51,986 bases of DNA from Porphyridium purpureum (Eukaryota). The notes beneath the pieces are model-generated. The model was given only the letters and a program-made list of their open reading frames with translations. It did no database searches and was not told the DNA's origin. The translations under genes were made by a program, and so were the position numbers. Of this stretch, positions 1 to 9,724 are shown piece by piece. Position 1 is the stretch's first letter; each line of letters opens with the position of its first letter. The stretch lies in NCBI GenBank assembly GCA_008690995.1, contig VRMN01000019.1:186001-237986 (forward strand), given 5' to 3'.

Positions 1-181
1 CGGCGCACGGGTCCTCGTCTGCTGCGTGCTCACCGCGCAAGCCCACGAACATGCCGAGCGCAAACCCATGCTCGCGCATCCACTGCGGGTGCATCACGCA
101 CCGCTCTCTCGCGCCATCGTTATCGCTATCGCCACTCGGCCACCGCACTGCGCGCGCGTGCACGACGCGCGGCGCACTCAT
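1..181 (-). CDS. 5' end of a gene running off the left edge; N-terminus resembles the N-domain of CDC48/AFG2/PEX1-type AAA ATPases
   Basis: ATG at 181 opens MSAPRVVHARAVRWPSGDSDNDGARERCVMHPQWMREHGFALGMFVGLRGEH... with no stop to base 1. The segment 'VMHPQWMREHGFALGMFVGL' resembles the CDC48 N-domain pattern 'lHP.tM..L.l..Gd.V.l'. It is divergent from LST8, with a CT-rich tract upstream (228-258). Confidence 0.4.
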   Translation of the reverse strand, partial: MSAPRVVHARAVRWPSGDSDNDGARERCVMHPQWMREHGFALGMFVGLRGEHAADEDPCA

Positions 182-296
182 CGACGCGGCCGGCCTCCAC
201 TCCTCCAAAGCATCACCACCGCCGTGTCGCTCTCTCGCTCTCTCTCTCTCTTCTCTCTAATCCCAAAAAGTCCAAAACAGTTTATCGACTCGACTC

Positions 297-621
297 AAAC
301 CGATCGAGCACGTTTATGTGAAACTCCACACGTTTACTATACTCTACTGTACCTCTCGCCCTCCGCACCAGAAACCAATAAACCATTAAACCGATAATGG
401 AACATAAACCGATAAGCCAGTCATGGCACATCAAACCGATAAGTCGATAAACCGCCTAGAAGCTGGTCAGCCGATCCGGACGCAATAAACCGATGAGTCG
501 ATAAACCGTCTAGCCGTTGAGAGTCTAGGGTTTCTCCACGTGTTCGCTGTACTCAGGAAGTACAGTGATTCCGGGGGTGGGTGGTTTCCACGTGGAATGC
601 GCGGCAAATCGGTTTATCGGC
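297..621. promoter_or_regulatory. Divergent promoter region with clustered AAACCG(ATA) motifs and a telo-box
   Basis: AAACCG at 297, 388, 406, 433, 449, 487 and 503, reverse copy at 610; a 27-bp direct repeat at 433-459/487-513 with 2 mismatches; TAGGGTTT at 526-533. Confidence 0.5.
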
Positions 622-831
622 TCATGGCGGCTGGGGGGGCCGTTTTATATGAAAAGTGTGTCGTTTTGATAGAGAGCGCGGAGTGTACCTTAGTGCGGGG
701 TGTTCAGTGAGTGCGTGAGAAACCGTTTGGACCGGAATTGGCGCGCGGGAGGCGGGTGGCTGGGGGGGGGGAGACGCAGCGTGGTGGACTGGTGGGTGGG
801 TGTGGGTGGGTTTGCTGGGACGATTGGAGGG

Positions 832-2190
832 ATGTCTAGCGCGACGCTGCTGGCAACGGCGGGGTATGACCATGGCATTCGGTTCTGGGAGGTGGCGACG
901 GGCGTGCCGTACCGCACAATCCAGTTTGGCGACTCGCAGGTGAATCGGCTCCGCTTCTCGCCAGACAGGCTGCTGCTGGCCGCCGCGGGCAATCCGCGCA
1001 TCTCGCTCTTTGATGTGTCCTCCTCAAACCCAAACCCGTTTTACGTGTGCGATGGGCACAAGGGAAATGTCATGTCCGTCGAGTTTGGTCAGCTGGCAAC
1101 CGCCGCGCCGTCGGGCTCGGGCGGAGGCACCTCGCTGCTCGTGTCGTGCAGCGATGATGCCACCATGAAAGTGTGGGACACACGGACTCAAGGCGCGGTG
1201 CAGACTCTGCAGAACACAAGCGCCGATCCGCTCACAGACTTTTGCCTCGTGGGAACGCGCCATGGCGTCTCCGTGGACGCGGGAGGCATGATCAAGGTGT
1301 GGGACATGACCATGGGCAAGCTCGTGAGCGCGGTTGCCCCTCCACCGCCGCTTCCGCCTCCAGAAACAAACACGGGATTCGCATCATCGTCTAGAAGCGC
1401 CACCAGCACGAGCCTGCAGTCGCTCTCGCTGCACAGTCCGACCGGTCGACTGGCCGCGTCGTGCAAGACGGGCACCGTGTTCATCTACAAGCTTGATTTC
1501 GCAGATCCGCAGCTCATTCAACCGGCGCAAAGTTTACCGAGCTCAATGCAGGCGAGCGAAGGAGCACCACTGTCGTCATCGTCATCTTTTCCACCGCAAT
1601 CAGGACCATCGTCCAGTTCGCCGCAGCCGTCGTCACCGCAGCATCCGACTGGCAAGAGCAGCAGTAGCAGCACCGCCCGGGCGGATGGTGCGAATCTGCT
1701 GAGCCTGGAGACCGTGGTTCCCGTGCACCGTCGGTACATTCTTCGCGTCGGATGGAGCGCGGATGGAAAGATGCTGGCCACAGCGCAGGATGACGGCAGC
1801 GTGCGGATATGGACCGAGCAAGAACGTGACGCCGCGGTACGCGACGGCGCGACGGACGGCCATGTGTCGGATGTCGGCAGCGGTTCGCTGCCTTTTGATC
1901 ATCAGCAGCTCGCTGGCCATCAAGCGCAGTCAGGTGCCCCGGGCGTAGCAGGCGCAGGTGGTGCAGCAACGACCAACTTTAGAAACGTCGCGGTCTTGGC
2001 GGGCCATCAAAGATGGGTTTGGGATTTCAGCTTCACTCCAGACTCGCAGCATCTGTTCTCGGCAAGCAGCGATAAAAAGGCTTTGCTGTGGGATGTTGGT
2101 TCGGCCGCAGTGGTGCGCGAGTATGTTGGCCACCAGAAGGCCATCACATGCTTGGCGGTGGCCTACAGCAGCGAACAAGAAGGCTTATAG
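832..2190 (+). CDS. LST8: Target of rapamycin complex subunit LST8 (WD40), with low-complexity insertions
   Basis: LLATAGYDHGIRFWEVATG..RTIQFGDSQVNRL, LAAAGNPRISLFDV.SSNPNP, GHQRWVWDFSF and VREYVGHQKAITCLA are LST8 signatures. First ATG at 832; the ORF track starts at an upstream GTG. Confidence 0.93.
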   Translation: MSSATLLATAGYDHGIRFWEVATGVPYRTIQFGDSQVNRLRFSPDRLLLAAAGNPRISLFDVSSSNPNPFYVCDGHKGNVMSVEFGQLATAAPSGSGGGTSLLVSCSDDATMKVWDTRTQGAVQTLQNTSADPLTDFCLVGTRHGVSVDAGGMIKVWDMTMGKLVSAVAPPPPLPPPETNTGFASSSRSATSTSLQSLSLHSPTGRLAASCKTGTVFIYKLDFADPQLIQPAQSLPSSMQASEGAPLSSSSSFPPQSGPSSSSPQPSSPQHPTGKSSSSSTARADGANLLSLETVVPVHRRYILRVGWSADGKMLATAQDDGSVRIWTEQERDAAVRDGATDGHVSDVGSGSLPFDHQQLAGHQAQSGAPGVAGAGGAATTNFRNVAVLAGHQRWVWDFSFTPDSQHLFSASSDKKALLWDVGSAAVVREYVGHQKAITCLAVAYSSEQEGL

Positions 2191-2315
2191 AATACGATCG
2201 ACGCACGTGATGTAAAAATAAAAAAAACAACAACAACAAAACCTTGTACTGCTTTGCTGGTTTGCTTCGCCCACCACCCCAACCACACTTGTTGAACGAG
2301 CGGACACCATCAGGT

Positions 2316-4151
2316 CTACGCGTGCATTGTAGCCATTTTCTGGAGGCTTGCTCGTATCGGCTCGTGCGGGAAGCTATGCTTGACAGCAACACAGTGCTCG
2401 AATGCTCGAGCAATGTGCGGCACCAAAAGCACTTCGTAAGCGCGCAACATGGCAAGGAAGTGCCTTTTGTCTACTGAATTTGCGTGCCACGAGCCGGTAC
2501 TTGCAAGCTTGGTGCTTCTCGGGTCGCCACTGCCATCGCCGTCCCGCAGAGACGCTCGCATCGCCGCCTCGTAGGCATTCCGCATGGCCTCTGCACCTTG
2601 AATGAGCGTGACACGTAGCTGGTCGCGCAGCACCACAACAAGCGTTTCTTGACAACACTGCCGCACTTCATTCAGAGCGCCAATAAGTCCGTTCAACAGG
2701 ACCGCCAGTGGCAGGAATTGTAGCAGCTCCGTGGGCGGAAGCAGACTGGCCGCTTGCGCGCCTGCCTCTTCGCCTACCTCACTGCCGGCACGAGTTTCCG
2801 GGCGCGTTGCGTCTTCACCGCCTGCCGCGGTGCTACCGCTGCTACTGTTGCCGGAGGTATTGACTGCGGCGGCTGTCCATCTGTACTCATCCAAAAGCGC
2901 GCCAAACCGATCGAGCGCGGCTTGGAGGTGACGTTTAAAAAGCGACGTGATCGCGTTCGCAAAAATGGGGACCAGTAGCGGCCTAAAATCACACCCGACA
3001 CGGCTCAGGCTCTGCCCGCAATACATACTCTGCTGCAGCGCGGTGGCTAGATTAGCGCCGTCGAGCACATCAAACAGCAGCGGCTCCAGCGCATGTAAGT
3101 ACTCACCGACCACCTTCAGCGCCCAGTCGCAAAGAATCCCAGTGTAACTCTTGCGCGCCGATTTCGACATTGCCATGGCCGTGTTCGACCCGGAGCGCAA
3201 AGACAGACCGTTGCCCGCCGCTTCGGAGTCATCTCGCCGGCGCCCTGCACTCAAAGTATCACGGCTGCTGTCGCCCGTGCCGCTGCCATCACCATCATCT
3301 TCGTCATCGCCAAACACCGCCCGATACTGTGTAATGATTTCAAACACCATGGCGCGCGTGTCATCCGACAGGTGCACAATCCGCGCTTGAGCGGCGGCCG
3401 TGGCCGGGTTTGCGCTGAGCGCAAGACTCTTACGCATCCACTCTCCCCGGCAGTGCAGAAAGGTTCGTCGAAGCCTCATCTCAGACATGCATCCGAGCCG
3501 GCGCAAAAACCCGACAAGACGCAGGCACGCCGGCAGCTGCACAGGCTGCTTGAGGAAAGCCAGCAGCTGGTGAACCATTCTGCGCACAACGGCCTGCACC
3601 TCGAGGTGTACGAGCTGCACGAGCGGCTCATTTCGCACGAGAAGACGCAGCTTGTTGACGTACGCTGCAACTTCCAGCGCTTCATCAAAGTGCTCGCTCT
3701 GCGTGAGCGCGAGCATGAGCGAGGGCAACTCGAGCAGCTCAAGCACGTGCGCGTACTCGTGAAGCGCAGACGCCTTGACGCGCCGCTTCTCGTTCTGCGC
3801 CCACGCCGACGTCGAAAACGTGCGCACGTGCTCGGAAAGTTCAGGCAGCAGCTGTAAACTATCCTGCAGCGCACCGCGGAGGCGCGAAAAGCCGTCTCGC
3901 ACCGCACCCGCAGCATCAAACGACTCGATCAGAGCGCGGTAGTTGGCGCACGCGACGTCCTCGAGCACGCCCTGCAGACGATCCACCTCGGCCGCCACGA
4001 CGTGCGGCTCGCGCATGATGCGCTCGGTCCCGGCGCCGCACAGCTCATCCAAGTACCGCCGCACGCGCGCGTCATCCTCGCTCGACGTGCCCAGCAGCGG
4101 GGCGGCCACCAGCGCACGCAGCTCGGCGCCTGCAAGCTCCGCGTCTTCCAT
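2316..4151 (-). CDS. COG8: Conserved oligomeric Golgi complex subunit 8 (Dor1 family)
   Basis: VLELLELPSLM..FDEALEV, QLPACLRLVGFLRRL, FEIITQYRAVF, LQQSMYCGQSLSRVGCDFRPLL. Likely ATG at 4151 (MEDAEL). Confidence 0.9.
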   Translation of the reverse strand: MEDAELAGAELRALVAAPLLGTSSEDDARVRRYLDELCGAGTERIMREPHVVAAEVDRLQGVLEDVACANYRALIESFDAAGAVRDGFSRLRGALQDSLQLLPELSEHVRTFSTSAWAQNEKRRVKASALHEYAHVLELLELPSLMLALTQSEHFDEALEVAAYVNKLRLLVRNEPLVQLVHLEVQAVVRRMVHQLLAFLKQPVQLPACLRLVGFLRRLGCMSEMRLRRTFLHCRGEWMRKSLALSANPATAAAQARIVHLSDDTRAMVFEIITQYRAVFGDDEDDGDGSGTGDSSRDTLSAGRRRDDSEAAGNGLSLRSGSNTAMAMSKSARKSYTGILCDWALKVVGEYLHALEPLLFDVLDGANLATALQQSMYCGQSLSRVGCDFRPLLVPIFANAITSLFKRHLQAALDRFGALLDEYRWTAAAVNTSGNSSSGSTAAGGEDATRPETRAGSEVGEEAGAQAASLLPPTELLQFLPLAVLLNGLIGALNEVRQCCQETLVVVLRDQLRVTLIQGAEAMRNAYEAAMRASLRDGDGSGDPRSTKLASTGSWHANSVDKRHFLAMLRAYEVLLVPHIARAFEHCVAVKHSFPHEPIRASLQKMATMHA

Positions 4152-5185
4152 GACGGACGCTCTGAGATCCGCTTCTCGCTCGTTTGCAGTTGCCCAGCTC
4201 TCCGCAGCTCGTCGAGTTTTCCTATTCAAACACACGTTTTTTTACCATAAAACAAACATCGACGCGACTTGCCCCCCGCAGACGGCGACTACGCGGGCGC
4301 CTTCACGGCAAGCAGGAGCTCTGAAAGGCTGATATGCTTGCTTCGGCCACGGTCCTTGGCCCGCACGACTGCCTTCATCACTTGAATTTCCACACCATCG
4401 CCGAGAAGCTCTGCAGCGACACCAGCCGCAGTCTCGATGCCAACCTAATTCATGATCATGAAGGCGCACATATCGTTGAAGGCTGCTCTTTCATTCCGCT
4501 GCGCTGCCGCGCGTAGCATTCGTTTGGAGTCCTCTACTGAGTTCCTTGAATTCGGCCACTAGCGAGCCGGACAACCATGAGCTGAGCTGTGCCGCCGCGC
4601 AGCTTCTCATGATGCCTTTCAACACGAGGGGCACCTGGCCAGTATCCATAGCATTTAGCAGCGGTATCATTCCCATCGCCGTGACATGCAGCACAGCTAG
4701 GTAGTGACTACAGAAAGACGCACTGAGCGCCTTTTCCGCCCACGTCCTCAAGACCAGATCAATCACGCCGATTGTGGATTCCGCGCCTCTGTCAAGCACC
4801 CGCAGCTTCCGACACAATACCCACGACCGACGGAAAATATACCTTGCCGTCAAGGGCCTTCCCGCGCACACCCACATGGTTTGGGATAAAGAAGATTAAG
4901 TAAACTTACTGGCTTTCTCGCACGTGCGCCGAATCCGCAAAGTCAATTGTGCACCGTCTGGCATGCATTCGCTCGATATCTGAGAGTGCTTGCCAGACAA
5001 GTAGAAGCACAAGTGCAACGCTTCAGTTTTACCATTCATTCGCGCCGTACTTGCAAGCATGTGCAGTACCTTCAGCTCCGTCACATTTGATACAAGCCTA
5101 GAAACTTGGATAAGAGCATGGTACCGCTCGACACCCTGTGTTGCTGCCCTGGGAGACAACACCTCAGAATCGACACCCAACAGCC

Positions 5186-6304
5186 TCAAAGTAGATCGCT
5201 AGTATTCCAAAGCCTGACATCTTTGTCATAAGTGCTGCCTGACACCATGAGCTGGCCATCAGGCGAGAAGTCTACTGAGACCACTCCGTTTGAGTGCCCG
5301 ATCATCGTCCGCACGGACGCGCCGGTTTGCGCGTCAAACACATTGATGGTGTTGTCCTTGCAACCCGCGGCGACGAACCTCCCATTGGGCGAGAAGCGCA
5401 CGGAATACACATATGAGGAGTGCCCCTCCATTACGCGTACACACTCCCCAGTCTGCACGTCCCAGACCTTGACCGTCTCGTCATCACTGCCCGTCGCAAT
5501 GAACCTGCTGTCGGGCGAGAAGTTCACCGCATTCACGGCAGCTGAGTGCCCTGTCGCAGTGTGCACGCAGACGCCGGTTTGCACATCCCACACCTTGATC
5601 GTGGTGTCCCAGCTGCCGGACGCGATGAAACGGCCATCGGGCGAAAAGTGCACCGCGCACACACCACCTGAATGCCCCGTCATGGTGCGTATACACGAGC
5701 CGGTCTGCGCATCCCATACCCTCACCGTGTTGTCACCACTACCAGACACGATAAACCGGCCATCGGGCGAGAAGCCAACCGCGCAGACCAAATTGGAGTG
5801 CCCCGTCGTGTTGCGCACACACGTGCCAGTCTGCACATCCCACACCTTGACCGCGTTGTCCCAGCTGCCGGACACAAGGAAGCGTCCGTCAGGTGAGAAC
5901 TGCAAGGCAAGTACGTCAACAGCGTGTCCGTCCATCGTGCGCGCATGCTGTCTGGTCTGAGTATCCCAGAGTTTAATCGTCTTGTCCATACCACCCGACG
6001 CGATGAACCGGCCATCGGGCGCGAAGGCCACCGCCGACACCCCAGCGGAATGCCCCAGCCGCGTTAACTCAGCCACCATCCTGACCCTGCTTCCGTTGCT
6101 CCACACATCTTTCCTCCTCACGGCGACGAAAAGTCCCAATACGGAGACAAACGCCCAAACCGCACATATCAATGATTTCCGCCGAGCACTCGCAGCGTGC
6201 GCCGAGAAGGCTTTCGCCGATGACGATGGGTATTCTGCTTGCCTCTCGACAGCGCCCATACCCTCTGCAGCCCACTCCATGCTCGCAACCTGCTTATTCA
6301 CCAT
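5186..6304 (-). CDS. WD40 array gene 1: N-terminal transmembrane helix + seven 42-aa WD40 repeats
   Basis: Hydrophobic LICAVWAFVSVLGLFVAV flanked by RRK/RRK, then 7 exact-period repeats GHxxxVxAVxFSPDGRFIxSGSxDxTVKVWDxQTG. ATG at 6304. Confidence 0.88.
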   Translation of the reverse strand: MVNKQVASMEWAAEGMGAVERQAEYPSSSAKAFSAHAASARRKSLICAVWAFVSVLGLFVAVRRKDVWSNGSRVRMVAELTRLGHSAGVSAVAFAPDGRFIASGGMDKTIKLWDTQTRQHARTMDGHAVDVLALQFSPDGRFLVSGSWDNAVKVWDVQTGTCVRNTTGHSNLVCAVGFSPDGRFIVSGSGDNTVRVWDAQTGSCIRTMTGHSGGVCAVHFSPDGRFIASGSWDTTIKVWDVQTGVCVHTATGHSAAVNAVNFSPDSRFIATGSDDETVKVWDVQTGECVRVMEGHSSYVYSVRFSPNGRFVAAGCKDNTINVFDAQTGASVRTMIGHSNGVVSVDFSPDGQLMVSGSTYDKDVRLWNTSDLL

Positions 6305-7943
6305 CGCCGTTCGCACTTCCAGGCCAATCTCCTCCTTTTCCGCCCTTCCAACGATCCTCTCGAAACGGCACTTCCTACCTCCGATAGTCGCTATTTCGGT
6401 ACATCCAGTTGGAATCTTTCTCTGAGTGACACAGTCGCTTCTCACTTAATTTTGGGCGGAACGAGTTCCGCGGGTACCGGTGTCGAAAACGAGATAAATT
6501 CATGTTGGAAAGTGAGACGCTGAGTGTTGGCGAATTTGGTTCTATTCTGGTTGGACAACGCCAAACATAATCGACGGCCCTTGCTTGGACGCTCATGCAT
6601 ATTCACTTTGGTCTGCACTTCTTGAAATCGTAAAGGGTCAAAATCACCAAATCGAGCGCCCTGTGTGCTCCAAAAATCCCACGAGCTTCTGAGAAAGCAG
6701 ATAGAAAGTCTATATGAGCTGCTGGTGAGCCACTGCGCAGAAGATAGCACGAATATTAATGCGTTCCGCACGTAGCGCGCGATTGAAGTCTGTTGCTGAA
6801 TTCTTTAAACTTGAGCGCGGGCGCGTTGTGCGAAGCCTTGAGCTGGGCGTGACCGTCTGGTATTCAGTCTTCAGATACTCCAAGTCGCAAGGCGCCTGGC
6901 CACTTTCTGCGGCATTCAGCAGCTGCACCATTCACTTCAAAGCCACCTGCGGCAAGATGAGATGGTAGGCATGAACAGACGCACTGAACTTTTGGTACGC
7001 TCATTTTCCTCGTATTGTAAAAGCTTGGCTGCACTGGACAAAAAATCGGCTAAACAAGAAAGGTCCTTGATATTGTAATGGACGTTGCACAACTCAGCGC
7101 GCGCAGATGCAATAAAGCCATTGGGTCCCGTCACCTACCGCTCCGCTGGTCGCATGTTTCATCAGATGCTTTTGAAACAGATAGTCCATGTCCTAAAAGT
7201 GCGCGTCGACACCTTGGGCGTCCTTTGCAGCCAAGTTCTCATTCTCCTTGGCTCGCGGAAAACACACTTTCACTCTTTTGCAAGTCAGCGCCAATGTACA
7301 TATTCATGTTCTGCGCAGGCCGCTGGGTAGCGATTTTCGCCACCTGGGCATTCTGAGCCGCGGCACTCATGCAATCATTCACTTTTATCACGCACTGCCC
7401 TGACGTGTCTTCCACCAAATGCGAGTATTAAATATGCAACAAAGAATCAGGCTTCGGCTCTTCAAGCGCACGGCACGGAAAACGCGCAAGGGTTCTCCCC
7501 TTGGTAGCCTCGTGCGTATGCCTTTCGCGTCGCATCAAAGCCCCGCTATACTTTCCCACTCGCGACTTGGTGAAATGCCTCTTGCAATCATGGACATGAC
7601 TTTGGACATCACACCAGATTTTGAGTCTCAAGAGATGCGCTCCAGTACACTGATCGGAAAGGGAACCTTCTGTACCGAATGATTTTGCCTGATCTCCGGC
7701 GGGGCACAGTGTGCAAACTTGATGAACGATATGAGCCCAGTCTCGTCTGCCAAAAGCGGCTATATCCTATCGGAAGCCTTGAATCCGTCCAGTGCTGTAT
7801 CAATGCACATCAAATACAGCAAAAAATGAGACCAAATGCCTAATTTCAAAGTGCTAGTGTAGGAGATTATCATGCCGTTGTTCGCGTTGCCCAAGACAAT
7901 GGGGCCAGTCATCGCGCGAGAAAGGCGGCACGGGCGGCGCACT

Positions 7944-8906
7944 TTAGTGCCCGAGCATTGTACGTTCACATTCCCCGGTCTCCGCTCCCCAAAGCTTGAG
8001 CGTATGGTCCCAGCTACCCGACGCAATGAGCCTACCATCGGGAGAGAAGCTCACCGCAGCCACCCAATACGAATGTCCCTTCATCGTGCGCACGCAATGA
8101 CCGCTCGCTGCATCCCACAGTTTAACTGTCTTGTCATCGCTGCCTGACGCAATAAATCTGCCATCTGGTGAGAAGTCCACTGCTTGCACCCAGCGTGAGT
8201 GCCCTACTATCGTTCGCTCGCACTGGCCTGTCTTCGTGTCCCACAACTTGAGCGTCTTGTCTCGGCTGCCGGACGCGATCAGCCGGCTGTCCGGCGAGAA
8301 CTGCACCGCCAGCACCGAAGCTGAATGCGCCGCCATTGTGAGCGCACACTGCCAAGTCTTTTCATGCCACACTTTCACGGTATTGTCGCTACCGCCTGAC
8401 GCGAGAAAGCGGCCATCAGGCGAGAAGCCTATCGCGCGGACGTAGTGTGCGTGCGCTGCTAGTGTGCGTACGCAGCAACCGGTCTGCACGTCCCACACTT
8501 TGACGCTTTTGTCATCGCTGCCGGAAGCGAGGCAGCTGCCGTCGGGCGAGAATTTTACCGCCCGTACCACGTCAGAGTGCCCAGATAGCGTGCGCACGCA
8601 GTGTCCGGTCTCCGTGCACCATATCTTGAGCGTCTTGTCACAACTGCTCGACGCAATGAACGTGCCATCGGGCGAAAAGTGCACCGCCAGCACGTACTCT
8701 GAATGCCTGGTCAATGTGCGCACACAATCACCTGTGTCCGTTTCCCATACTTTGAGCTCGTTGGAACCACTGTCGGACGCAACGAACCTGCCATCAGGCG
8801 AGAAGTCCACCGTGCAAACGCCGCCAGAGAAAAGCTCGTGCGAAGCAAAGCCGGCGGTCGTCCCGTCGTGACCCCGCATGCTCATCCTCTTCCGCCATCG
8901 CCACAT
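7944..8906 (-). CDS. WD40 array gene 2: seven WD40 repeats, no accessory domain, stop at the start of a decayed 8th repeat
   Basis: 7 repeats of the same consensus; ends ...ERTMLGH*. Start codon uncertain (several ATGs at 8880-8906). Confidence 0.85.
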   Translation of the reverse strand: MWRWRKRMSMRGHDGTTAGFASHELFSGGVCTVDFSPDGRFVASDSGSNELKVWETDTGDCVRTLTRHSEYVLAVHFSPDGTFIASSSCDKTLKIWCTETGHCVRTLSGHSDVVRAVKFSPDGSCLASGSDDKSVKVWDVQTGCCVRTLAAHAHYVRAIGFSPDGRFLASGGSDNTVKVWHEKTWQCALTMAAHSASVLAVQFSPDSRLIASGSRDKTLKLWDTKTGQCERTIVGHSRWVQAVDFSPDGRFIASGSDDKTVKLWDAASGHCVRTMKGHSYWVAAVSFSPDGRLIASGSWDHTLKLWGAETGECERTMLGH

Positions 8907-9724
8907 GCTCAATTCTCTCCGTCGGGCTCCTCACGCTTGTACAGGTCGAGCGTCCCGGAACGCGCGTCTCTCTCACGTCGCCGCTCGCATTGCTCATGCA
9001 AGTTCGACCCCCCGCCGCGGACTATTGCTCAGAGGCGTGCTCCGTAGCCCGTAGCGCCGTCCGAGAACAAGCGCCATGCGGTAAACATACCACGAGCAGC
9101 ATCTCAACGGCACGAGGCCAACAGCGTCGACGCGATCCGTTGCGTGCCGTTCAACAAAACACTTGGGAAGATGTCATTCTTCGACATCAGTCGGGACGCT
9201 ACGCGCGGTTCGGGGCTTCTCGCCTCGATTGATGAGGTTCGCAAGGAGCTCACGGCGCCTCTAGAACTCTGATGAGGCCTCCAACACACGCACGTTTTCG
9301 ACTGCGCAGGATGTCCGTGTGCCTCCATTGGATGGTGCCGCATGATGTAGCTTCCGGGAGTTGCTGCATCTGAGCGGAATCCTGCTTGCACGGTGTGAGC
9401 AGCGGCGTCAGCGAAGAGCCGGTGTATGACTTTTGTGCTTGAGCACGCCGGCAAAGACGGCTGCAGCGACTTGGCCGCATGGATGGAGTGGATCACGAAG
9501 CTACGAAATGAGATACCCGACGGGGAAACAAAACCACAGCGAGGTGAAAGACAAGCTGTGCTGCAGAAGAGTTGTGAAGAAGGATCTAATGGAGATAGGT
9601 GCTTTTTTACCATTTCAGCGACTTGGCATTGTGCTTTCGCTGACGCAAGACCTCACGCCAATTCCGTTGCCCCGCGCGACATGGAACATAGGACTGATTA
9701 TGAGCCAGATTGCCATAGTGGACT

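Noticed and set aside
700..831. Non-ATG N-terminal extensions in the ORF track (LST8, COG8, EMG1, yqeH, WD40 genes)
   Set aside because: GTG/TTG starts are a prokaryotic-style calling artefact; homology begins at or after the downstream ATGs.
4240..5185. Short ORFs between COG8 and WD40 gene 1 as a lost C-terminal domain
   Set aside because: There are multiple stops in all frames and no recognisable EH, SAM or other motif.
5232..5960. Long antisense ORFs over WD40 genes (also 10410-11051 and 29699-30736) and over mutS2, yqeH and pol
   Set aside because: They are shadow frames produced by repetitive, GC-rich codon usage and show no independent protein motifs.
9229..9275. C/D-box snoRNA (TGATGA...CTGA)
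   Set aside because: The boxes are only ~40 nt apart, with no terminal stem or recognisable rRNA guide.
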